From positions 2,666,001 to 2,730,000 of the forward strand of contig NW_026889809.1 in assembly GCF_033153115.1 (NCBI RefSeq): a DNA stretch of 64,000 nt, in the 5' to 3' direction. The DNA comes from Saccostrea echinata (taxonomy: Eukaryota). Numbering within the stretch: position 1 is the stretch's first letter; every line of letters begins with the position of its first letter. Of this stretch, positions 41,222 through 52,198 are shown in pieces. Made by a program: the position numbers and the translations under genes. A model generated the notes under the pieces. That model did no database searches and was not told the origin of the DNA. It saw only the letters and a program-made list of their open reading frames with translations.

Positions 41222-42570
41222 AATTGTCCGTCGTCGGTCTGTAAACTTTTCACATTTTCAACTTCTCAAGAACCACTGGGCTAATTTTAACCAAACTTGG
41301 TTCAAAGTATTCTTGGGTGAAGGGGAGTTTAAATTGTTAAAATAAAGGGCCAAGTCCCCTTACAAGGGGAGATAATCAAGAAAAGACAAAAATAGGGTGG
41401 GGTCATTAAAAATCTTCTTCTTAAGAACCACTGGGCCAGAAAAGCTGAAACTTATGTGGAAGCATTTTGGGGTAGTAAAGATTCTAAATTGTTCAAATCA
41501 TGACCCCCGGAGTAGGGCGGTACCACAATAGGGAATCCAAGTTTTACATTGAAATATATAAGAAAAATCTTTAAAAATCTTCTTGTCAAGAACCACTGGG
41601 CCAGAAAATCTGAAACTTAATGTGGAAGCATCCTGGGGTAGTGTAGATTCTAAATTGTTCAAATCATGACCCCCCGGTGTAGGGTGGGGCCACAATAGGG
41701 AATCCAAGTTTTACATTAAAATATATGAAAAATCTTTAAAAATCTTCTCAAGAACAACTGGGCCAGAAAAACTGAAACGTATGTGGAAGCATCCTCAAGT
41801 AGCGTAGATTTTAAATTGTTCAAATCATGACCCCTGGGGGTAGGGCGGGGCCACAATCAGGAATCCAAGTTTTACATTGAAATATATAGGAAAAATCTTC
41901 TCAAGAACCACTGGATCAGAAAAGCTGAAACTTATGTGAAAGCATCCTGGGGTAGTGTAGATTCTAAATTGTTCAAATCATGACCCCCCGGTGTAGGGTG
42001 GGGCCACAATAGGGAATCCAAGTTTTACATTAAAATATATGAAAAATCTTTAAAAATCTTCTCAAGAACAACTGGGCCAGAAAAACTGAAACGTATGTGG
42101 AAGCATCCTCAAGTAGTGTAGATTTTAAATTGTTCAAATCATGACCCCTGGGGGTAGGGCGGGGCCACAATCGGGAATCCAAGTTTTACATTGAAATATA
42201 TAGGAAAAATCTTCTCAAGAACCACTGGATCAGAAAAGCTGAAACTTATGTGAAAGCATCCTGGGGTAGTGTAGATTCTAAATTGCTAAAATCATGACCC
42301 CTGGGGGTAGGGCAGGGCCACAATAGGGAATCCAAGTTTTACATTGAAATATATAGGAAAAATCTTTAAAAATGTTCTCAAGAACCACTGGACCAAAAAA
42401 CTGAAACTTATGTGGAAGCATCCTGGGGTAGTGTAGATTTTAAATTGTTCAAATCATGACCCCCTGGGGTAGGGCGGGGCCACAATAGGTATTACAAGGG
42501 GGGCAATCTGGTAAAGAACAGCAGGGCTAACGTTACTCAGGTGAGTGATGTGGCCCATGGGCCTCTTGTT
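41174..42570 (+). mobile_element. HINE with ~166-bp satellite cores, nested in an older pearl-like element (about 41020-43150)
   Basis: Same termini as 11124-12255. Host units (GATGAGTGACCAGGTTAAA..CTTGCATGGATGATGCATC) occur on both sides, with a host-like 3' hairpin near 43120. Confidence 0.85.
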
Positions 42571-43223
42571 GAGATAAGTGACCAGGTTAAAGTAAACTAT
42601 AACCGCTATCTGAATCAAACTTGCATGGATGATGCATCACACTGAATCACAGGATGAATACTCTCGAATTTGCTTCAGATGCTGGATATGACTTACATTT
42701 TCTGGATGAGTGACTAGTTCAATGTTTTTAGGTAAGTCCATTCTTAAGTAACTGCAAGCCCTGTCGGACCAAAATTGCATAAATGTTGCACCTAGGGATG
42801 CACACCACTAGATTATTAGTTTTGGACTTTGCCTTACTTAAAGACAACATTTGTTGAGGTGAGCTCTGTTTTCTCTGATTACCTATGTTTATTATATAGC
42901 GTCATTGTGCACCCTCTCTTTTCCATTTTGATCAGGCAGATATTTGGGGTTTCCTTTAGCAAAACATGGTACACTGGTAAAGGAGTACCCAATTTGTTTA
43001 TATGCAACTCCTCCTACACCCCAGAATGAAATTCAATGAAACTTTCACAGAATCTTATTTACATACTGCCAAGAAATGCATTATGCCATTATACTCATAT
43101 GGCAGGGGGGATGCCATTTTGTGAGCTCAGTGCTCAGAGTACCTTTAGTTTGAAACTTGAACATGGGTATCTTGGAGAAATTTTTTTAAACAAGGAGGAA
43201 AACACAGTGCTGATAAAAGAGAA

Positions 43224-43575
43224 GTGAATGCGAGATTCACATAACAGTCACTCTATAAATCTGTCACAGTGAACGCCGAGATTAACATAACAGTCACTCT
43301 AGAAATCCGTCACAGTGAACGCGAGATTCACATAACAGTCACTCTAGAAATCCGTCACAGTGAACGCCGAGATTCACATAACAGTCCTTGTAGAAATCCT
43401 TCACAATGAACGTCCAATTCACATAACAGTCACTCTAGAAATCCGTCACAGTGAACGCGAGATTCACATAACAGTCACTCTAGAAATCCGTCACAGTGAA
43501 CGCGAGATTCACATAACAGTCACTCTAGAAATCCTTCACAGTGAATGCAAGATTCACATAACAGTCCTAGAAATT
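43224..43575. repeat. 45-bp minisatellite (about 8 units)
   Basis: GTGAACGCGAGATTCACATAACAGTCACTCTAGAAATCCGTCACA. Confidence 0.9.
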
Positions 43576-43641
43576 CTGCACTCTTAATTTTGTACATATT
43601 AAATTATTATATTCTACCACCAGGGAATACTGTGCTCCAAT

Positions 43642-43721
43642 CACAGGCACTTGTTTCGGTAATAAATTTTTAACCCTGTATAGTATGGGTTAAAAATTTA
43701 TTACCGAAACAAGTGCCTGTG
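43642..43721. mobile_element. 80-bp hairpin MITE, perfect 35-bp TIRs, 8-bp TSD
   Basis: GCTCCAAT|CACAGGCACTTG...CAAGTGCCTGTG|GCTCCAAT. Confidence 0.9.
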
Positions 43722-44802
43722 GCTCCAATACCAAAATATGTCATATTAACTAATTAACTTTGAAAATATCACATTGTATGAAGTATATGCTTTATTTTAT
43801 TTACACATCAACAGAATTGTATCAAACAAAACCTATCAATGAATCAAAATGGATTTTATCAAATAATGCAAAATATTTACAGTATATAACTTTATTACAA
43901 GGGCTCATGATTAAGAAAATTATCACATTTAACTCTTATTCCAACTTGAGATATCAGTCATAACTCACTGAATAAATTGTTCACCTCTTCTTATATGTAT
44001 ACTTACAACCATGTTACTTTTCTTTCTAATATTAAAGTTCATGATAAGCATTATGTTTTGGAATTGTGACATTGCCTTTTCCTTATAGAATTTTTAAAAA
44101 CAAACAAGTCCCAAATTTCCTCTTCATATTTTATCCAATATTTCCATGACTGATAATATCCATCAAATTGAATGCAACAAGGAACACTCGGAAGATCCTC
44201 ATTGAAAGAGAGCCCCCAACGCTCCACACAGAGAGGCAGTCTTTAGCAAACGGCTTTTCTGTCCGTAATTTCAACCACTCCTGATGTCAAAAAAGCTTAA
44301 TTGCACAAGTACAACTCACAACTTATTGAATAAAATTCATATCCAATCACAAAAATATAAGAAATCCTAATTATGTATTTAAAATTACATCATCAGGGCT
44401 TTCAAAAAGATTAGAAGAATAGGAGGTACCTAGTGGAAGAGTATGATACAGAATTTTTCTCCATCAAATATTCTTGCCAGTACAATCAGCCAGGTAAAAA
44501 GTACCTGGTACCAGCTGATTTTGAAAGGCCTGCATTTTCAATTACTGGTAGATCTTTTAGGTTAAACATGTATTACAACATGACAAATGTGAGGGGCAAA
44601 CAAAAAATATAGTAATCTTAATTATATTTCTAAAAGTGGCTTTCTGATCTAGCTAATGAACAACAGCAGACAACAAAATTTTTTTGCATTTCCCTAGTCT
44701 TTTGAATATTACTCACTTTATTCCAAGATATTTATGTGTCAAAGATTTAATTAATCAGTGACATTTTTTTAAAATAAAAAATCTGTTTCTTTTTTACCCA
44801 AC

Positions 44803-45823
44803 CTGGGTAATTGATTTAGGGGTACCGGTAAACTCTAATGGCTCCTGGATAATTGATTTAGGGGTAAACTCTAATTGCTCCTGGATAATTGATTTAGGGG
44901 TAAACTAGAATTGCTCCTGGGTAATTGATTCAGTGGGTAAAGTCTAATTGCTCCTGGGAAATTGATTTAGTGGGTAAACTCTACTTGCTCCTGGGTAATT
45001 GATTTATAGGTAAACTCTAATTGCTCCTGGGTAGTTGATTTAGGGGTAAACTCTAATTGCTCCTGGGTAATTGATTTAGGGGTAAAGTCTAATTGCTCCT
45101 GGGTAATTGATTTAGGGGTAAACTCTAATTGCTCCTGGGAAATTGATTTAGTGGGTAAACTCTACTTGCTCCTTGGTAATTGATTTAAGGGTAAACTCTA
45201 ATTGCTCCTGGGTAGTTGATTTAGGGGTAAACTGTAATTGCTCCTGGGTAATTGATTTAGGGGTAAAGTCTAATTGCTCCTGGGTAATTGATTTAGGGGT
45301 AAAGTCTAATTGCTCCTGGGTAGTTGATTTAGGGGTTAACTCTAATGGCTCATGGGAAATTGATTTAGTGGGTAAACTCTAATGGCTCCTGGGTAGTTGA
45401 TTTAGGGGTAAACTCTAATTGCTCCTGGGAAATTGATTTAGTGGGTAAACTCTAATTGCTCCTGGGAAATTGATTTAGTGGGTAAACTCTAATTGCTCCT
45501 GGGAAATTGATTTAGTGGGTAAACTCTAATTGCTCCTGGGTAATTGATTTATAGGTAAACTATAATTGCTCCTGGGTAGTTGATTTAGGGGTAAGCTCTA
45601 ATTGCTCCTGGGTAATTGATTTAGGTGTAAACTCTAATTGCTCCTGGGTAATTGATTTAGGGGTAAACTCTAATTGCTCCTGGGTAATTGATTTAGGTGT
45701 AAACTCTAATTGCTCCTGGATAATTGATTTAGGGGTAAACTCTAATTGCTCCTGGGTAATTGATTTAGGTGTAAACTCTAATTGCTCCTGGATAATTGAT
45801 TTAGGGGTAAACTATAATTGCTC
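44803..45823. repeat. 36/37-bp minisatellite (about 28 units)
   Basis: CTCTAATTGCTCCTGGGTAATTGATTTAGGGGTAAA. Confidence 0.95.
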
Positions 45824-46029
45824 TAGATTGTTAATACTCCACACATCCCAGTCTGACCAGCTGATGAAATCATCTCCTTTGGATTTCTTTCAAATGTTGA
45901 CATAAGTATCAATCATATCAGAGGCTTGACATAAGTATCAATCATATCAGAGGCCACTGTCACCTTGTAAGTGCTTCTGTGGCAGTGTCACTCACATGCT
46001 TGTAATTTCAGTAACCTGAGTTTCTATTT

Positions 46030-46625
46030 CAGCAGGTTCCTGAATGGTTCCTTGATAGTGGCTACCTCATTGGTACCAATTCACCAGCATCCTGAGTGGT
46101 TCCTTGTTGGTGGCCTCCTCAGTGGTACCAATTCAGCAGCATCCTGGGTGGTTCCTTGTTGGTGGCCTCCTCAGTGGTACCAATTCAGCAGCATCCTGGG
46201 TGGTTACTTGTTGGTGGCCTCCTCAGTGGTACCAATTCAGCAGCATCCTGGGTGGTTCCTTGCCAGTGGACTATAAGATGGTTTAATGTTGGTGGCCTCC
46301 TGAATAATACATTTCAGCAACCTCCTGAGTGGTTCCTTCCAGCGAACTGATTGGGCTCATTTTGGTGTCCTTCTCAATGTTTTAATTTCAGTAAGCTCTT
46401 GAGTGGTTCCACTTCTGATTGCCTCCTGAGTGGTTCAATGTGAGTGGCCCCTTCACTAGTTTTATATCAGTTGCCACTGTAGTGGTTCCATGTTTGTAGG
46501 GGCCTCTGTGCATTATTGTGGGTTTATTTTACTGCCTCTTCTGCGGTGTCAGTGTAAGGTGGCTCCTTGTGGGTTTATTTTACTGCCTCTTCTGTGGTGT
46601 CAGTGTTGGGTGGCTCCTCAGTGGA
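46030..46625. repeat. ~52-bp degenerate tandem repeat in the SETD9 3' UTR
   Basis: GGTTCCTTGTTGGTGGCCTCCTCAGTGGTACCAATTCAGCAGCATCCTGGGT and variants. Confidence 0.75.
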
Positions 46626-49600
46626 TGACAGTGAAGTAAGAAGAGAAGAGTTCCTCCCCGGCCTTTATCTCCCTGACTGACACCAGAACCACCATTCTCA
46701 AGGTCCTGTACCAAATCAATATAAATATAAAACAGTGTAAACAATATACTGTTTAAACATTATATAACGGTCTGATTCAAACTTACTAAGCAAGAACATG
46801 GTTTGTATTACAAATCAAGTAAAAATTAACCTGATCTTCTTTGTAATAAAATATATCAGGATATAAAGGTACTGTGTATCAGAGGTTAGCTTTATTGTCC
46901 CAGCTCTAATTTTTTTTTTTTTTTACATATATTATACTTAAAGACAGTAACTGGATAGATATCAATTTTACAGACCTCTCTAATGACATATGATCTTCTG
47001 TTATATGTGAGGAGTAGAATACATTGGGGATGAACTGTTTGAGGTGGAAAGGAAAATCCACAGGTACATCATACTCTTGATAGGCCACATTAGAGGGGAA
47101 TTCTACAGAGACAGGGGGGAAGCATATTGAATCTTCTGATTGACTTTTTTTTAAATTTTGTATATTAACATGGATAACAATGATACAGAAAATTAATTCC
47201 ATGCATTTTTTGAAGTATTATTTTGCATATCAATATTCATTTCATAAGCAGTACTGTAAATGTCAGAGCTAAAACTGCTCCATTTCAGTATACAGTAGAA
47301 TACTTTAATAGGGAATACTGATACTGCAAATTCCTGCTTACAATGAAGAAATATTTTTTTTTCATCCAGCACCAGAAATTAATAAATAATTGACTTGATA
47401 TGAAGACTTATGGAATAATGTAGCACTCTCAGCAGTCCCTGATGATTTGCTAAAATAGCATGTGTTGTACTACTGCAGCTTAATTCAACATTATTCCTGG
47501 GTAAATAAAATATAATTTTTCAAGAGGAGCAATACAGTATGAATACCCCCCCCCCCCCCCCCAATCAACTTCTACTTAATATACCTTTGTTATGATTGTT
47601 GACGTATTGGCCTATAGCCAGAGGATTCTGGGGGTAATTGGTCATCCATGACCAGTCACATGTATCAAATGGACCCTGTCTATCTCTTTGAGAACATGAT
47701 CTAGGAAAAGAAAAAAATACATGTGAGATCCTTTAAAGCTTATACTAATTTTATTACTGAATGGAATACACTGGTTGATATAAATTAACTTACTTGAATA
47801 TCATCCTTGAGAGAGACCTGTCATTTCCATCAATCAGCACACCATCAATACAGCGGAATATAAATGTATTTCCTATGCTCTGGAATAAAATCGCTTCATG
47901 TGGATAGTACACTGTTCCTGGAAATAAATGTCACGTGTATGAAAGTTATAGTATTGTAAATCTTAAGAATCGATCCCTACCCATTTCCAGCTAGCTGTTT
48001 GCAGACAAGCCAAATTCTTAGAAAAGAGACAACTGCATGTATGGTTTAAAGGTACATTAATTTATAGTTTTATAAATTTATAGAGTTTAACATCACACAG
48101 ATGAAATGCCAAAGCTCTTTGAATTTCACATATTTTCAATTCATTTCAGACATATAAGCATGCATTTACCATGACCTGGATACATTTTGTACCTGGATAA
48201 AAACACACTATTGTTCCTTGGGGCACAAGTCCACTGGTAACAAATACCCCCATTCCCCCGTGAGGCAAGGTGCTTGGTCCCTTCTCTACTGTGAAGCCAA
48301 ACTGGTCCTTTGTGGCCTGTAGGTTATGGCTGGCTATGTGGGCGGGGTCTCTGTCAGTCAGAGCTCTGTAAGCCCTCTCCAGACACACTCTCTGGCCAGG
48401 GTGATAAAACTGGTGAAATTTACTAAACAGTTTCACTAGAGATCCTTGGACGGCTTCATCTGGTATTAATTTATCACTGTAACCTTTGTCCACTGTTTTT
48501 GCTGACCTAGTAAGTATAAAAATATCCAGACACTTTTTTAAAAATATAATAGAACTCATGTTGCTTATCTACATTAGACATGAGGAACCTTTTTTCCATG
48601 TTATATATTTGACTAGGATCATGCATTTCTGGCAACCTTTAAGGAGGGATTCTTCTCATAAGAACACCTGTTTCTTATATTTAAAAATCAATGAAATTTT
48701 CATAGAATCAAGAAGACAATATCACTAAGTGATGGTATCAGTTCGATTAAATTTGACCGTTTTATATTAGAGGAAAGGTCAGGTCAAGGTCAGAACCTTT
48801 TCCCTGGACATTAAGAATAAAAAATTACTGTTGCCAATCATGCGATGCCAACTTCTATTTCAATAAATTAAATGTTTTTCATTTTGCATGAAGAGATATT
48901 ACCATATAGGGTCTATAAGATGATATTACCAAATTGACATAAATAATTTAACTAAAATGGATATTGGCTAATCCAAATTTTCTCTATTTTTCTTAAAATT
49001 TTAAGACATTTTAGTTATTTTTATATGCTTCTTATATTTAAATTTTTCTTATTTTCACATATGATAAAGTTGTCACATAAAGATACAAAATGATACAAAA
49101 ACAGAAAGTTTTGACCATTTACTAAGAGAGAAAAAACACTTTTTACGGATTTTTGGCTCAAATCTGAACTTAGATTGGAAGCTTTTAAAAGCTAACATAA
49201 TCGTAGTTTGTTTAGAAAATCATATTTATTTGATATATTTTAAAAATTTGTCCCTTATTATAAATTTAACTTACATTTAAACATTTTCTCCAAGTCTTTG
49301 ATTGTGTAAAAATTATAACTAAATTCATTGTTCTATAATTATTTTGAGAGGCAGAAAAGAAGATATTTTCATACGCCGCCATTCCGCCAAAAATATAGTC
49401 ACTGCTAGATTTCAAACTCAGTTTACCATTTCTATTTAAAGTTGTACAATTGTGATGAGGAAAGAAAAATATGATCTTTTAAATCTCTTACATCTAAATA
49501 TATAAAACATATAAGCAAATATATTTTGAATATTTCATCTAGTCAGAAACCAGACAAGAATCCCTCTTTAATACATCCTTATTTTATAATTTATTAACAT

Positions 49601-50531
49601 TTATACCAACCTGGTACCATTGTTTACTTTTACTTATTTTATTTATATTTTCTCAATTTTATATGATACAAACCATGCAAACATTATTGAATTGTTAATC
49701 TACATTAGTTATGAGAAGGAATGGTGTCCAGACAGTTACACTGCTGAGACATGCATATCCTAGAGCATTGAAAAAATCTCCCCTGCACATGTCAAAATAT
49801 AAAAGCTGGCCGGGGGTTAGAGTCAGAGGAATCTCGGATTAGATGCAGGATAACCTCCTTGGTCTCGAAATGTTGTCTCGGCTAACGCCTCGGCTTTTAT
49901 ATTTCAGACAACATTTCTCGACCTCGGAGGTTATCCTGCAACATTCACGATAACACTGACTTTATTTCTTAAATCATGCTTACTTGTATCTAAGTTATAC
50001 CCCCCAGTGGGACCATGATTGGCAAATAAAATCTATTCTATGTCCCCGTCTTAACATTATGGTTTAAAGAGAGCCATGTTAACAGGTTAATGTTTTAGTT
50101 GTTATCCACCTAATAAAGTGCTGAATAACCTTCGATTCATTTTATATTAAAACATAGGGTTAAAGCTAGGGCTAGCCCCTGTGTTGGGGCTAAGAAAAGG
50201 TAGAATAACGGAGAGCTTTTTGATTTAGGACCTATATATTATTCCTCGAGGAAATTCGACAGAAACTAATCCGAGATTCCTCTGAATCTTACCCCTGCTT
50301 TTATATTTTGACATGTGCACATGTCAAAATATAAAAGCAGGGGTTAGAGTCAGAGGAATCTCGGATTAGACAGAAACTTTCTACCACAGTACAGATTAAA
50401 ATTTAAACCAATAATAAAATAGGGATATAACTCACAGTTACCCACCTGTTCAAGTTTAAAGCGATCCAAGGTACGAATCTGTAGCGATACTGAGACCACA
50501 TCTGTTTGAATTTGTGATAAATTTTTAACAT
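46618..50531 (-). CDS. SETD9: SET domain-containing protein 9, 284 aa; exons 50531-50446, 48506-48193, 47917-47794, 47700-47585, 47102-46976, 46705-46618
   Basis: QYRYRFVPWIALN..GMGVFV..YPGTVY..FQSIGNTFIFRCIDGVLIDGND..NPLAIGQYVNN..SNVAYQEYDVP..VVLVSVREIKAGEELFSSYFTVIH*; all junctions are in phase. Confidence 0.95.
48644..49567. mobile_element. TTAA-flanked TIR element (Kolobok-like)
   Basis: TTAAGGAGGGATTCTT ... AAGAATCCCTCTTTAA. Confidence 0.7.
50267..50368. mobile_element. 102-bp spacerless palindromic MITE with 9-bp TSD
   Basis: GACAGAAAC|TAATCCGAGATTCC..GTGCAC..GGAATCTCGGATTA|GACAGAAAC; a half copy lies at about 49785-49842. Confidence 0.85.
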
Positions 50532-51457
50532 AACATCGGATTTGCCCTCTCAACATGCTAAGGCTAAAGAGTTTTTTAAATACTTTGCGGTAGCATTGTA
50601 GGAAAATGACTAAATTGCGGCGCGATGCGCTCACTACTCACTTGACGTTATAATTGTTGTTGTTGTTATTGATTATTTAGATAGGGGTTGACCTATATTT
50701 TTTATCAAAAGAAAAATAAATAACGTCAGGTGCCTGTGGGATTACAATACATTGGATCACATAGATTCGTCAGACTAAATATTTTGGACTGGCGAAGAGA
50801 CGCTGGCCAGTCTAAAATTTTTAGTCTCGACGAATCTCGCTGAGATTAATCATAGACGTATAATGTAACTTATGGATAGAATATTGAAAGAACTATTGAG
50901 GATATTATGACTCTATCTTTCTTTACACATTTCTTTAATAAATATGACTTACAATACACGGAACTACCTGGCGCTTCAATTTTAATTTTAAAAATTACAT
51001 AGTTGGTATTTCCTCAAAAATGGTTTTAAAAGAGGCCTACAGCATCAAATATAGGCGTTATAAGAGTCACACGAAGGGCCAGCCTTCTATAATTATTTTG
51101 GGACTCTTCAACCACAGGTGCTTGAGGACAGGAACCCCCCCCCCCCCCCGCCCCGATATAGACCCCGGGCCTGTTCGACTTTTTTCTCATAAATTATTTA
51201 TGGATGACACAAGCCGACAAGGAAGCTTATTTTACATTTGGAAATCCAACGTATTCTCACAATTCACTTTCTATAGACGAAATTCTCCAAAATCACATTT
51301 TAGTATCTGAATCTTTTAACATTCCAGTCAGTGAGTTTGATCTACCCTAACTATATTGCATTCTTAAACTTCATAAAAATCCTTACAAACAGAGATACAC
51401 AGATTACAGGTTCAAGCAAATGCTCTGCTAAGCCCTTGTCCTTACAAACAATTTTTA

Positions 51458-51676
51458 TACTGGATCTGACTACGGTATGTTCTGTCTGCCTGATCAATAC
51501 ATAGGTCTCACGCAGTTATGACCGGTCAACAGAGGATGCACACTCCTCCTAGGCACCTGATCCTACCTCTGGAATTTCCAGGGATCCGTGTTTGTGTTTT
51601 ATGCCCCCTTCACATATTTGTATTGTTTATAGATTTTTGAGATCGATCACTGTTCCTTATCCTCACCTTTTTTCAT
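51458..51676 (+). repeat. Dispersed repeat, probably a retroelement 3' end; related copies at about 57811-57980 and 58325-58525
   Basis: Shared core GGCGGGTGTGACCGGTCAACAGGGG..CTCCTCCTAGGCACCTGATCC..GGTCCGTGTTT. Confidence 0.6.
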
Positions 51677-52198
51677 TGAAAGATATAAATCAATACAACC
51701 ACATTTTCTTATTTGAATATTTAATGAATCTATAAAAAAGACACACAGTAACAATTTAAACTAATATGAAGTATTCAATCCAAATAAATAATAACTGAAA
51801 ATTTACGTCGACGGAGTCCATTTCGTAAAGATTTGCAGTCAACATGTGATTGCAACACAATAAATCATTTAAAGTTATTCTTAATTCATACATTTATAAT
51901 CATCTATTATTTCAATGTGATATATCTGCAGCATAAATATATACGATTTGTCATCTCATCATAAAAAATTGAAAAAAATAGATAAGTCCCCATTTTATTC
52001 TCTGTTTTACCCCCGTTTTTAATCTCCAAATCACATGACTTATGATAGCGAAAGGTGAAGAATGAATGAATTAAAATGACATAAAATCACATTTTCAACT
52101 ATTTGAGAAACATTCTCCATGTCCGAGGGTGGGGTTGGATGGTCCCAACTTCGTGGTGTCCAGTCCCGTTCACCCTCCTTTTCTTTGCCGTCACTCTC

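Noticed and set aside
44803-45823. CRISPR-like array or coding repeat (QLEFTPKSITQE on the minus strand)
   Set aside because: Units are contiguous with no unique spacers, the context is eukaryotic, and 37-bp units introduce stops.
50350-50634. 94-aa ORF as SETD9 exon 1
   Set aside because: Wrong frame; the conserved YRFVPWIALN is in the frame starting at 50531.
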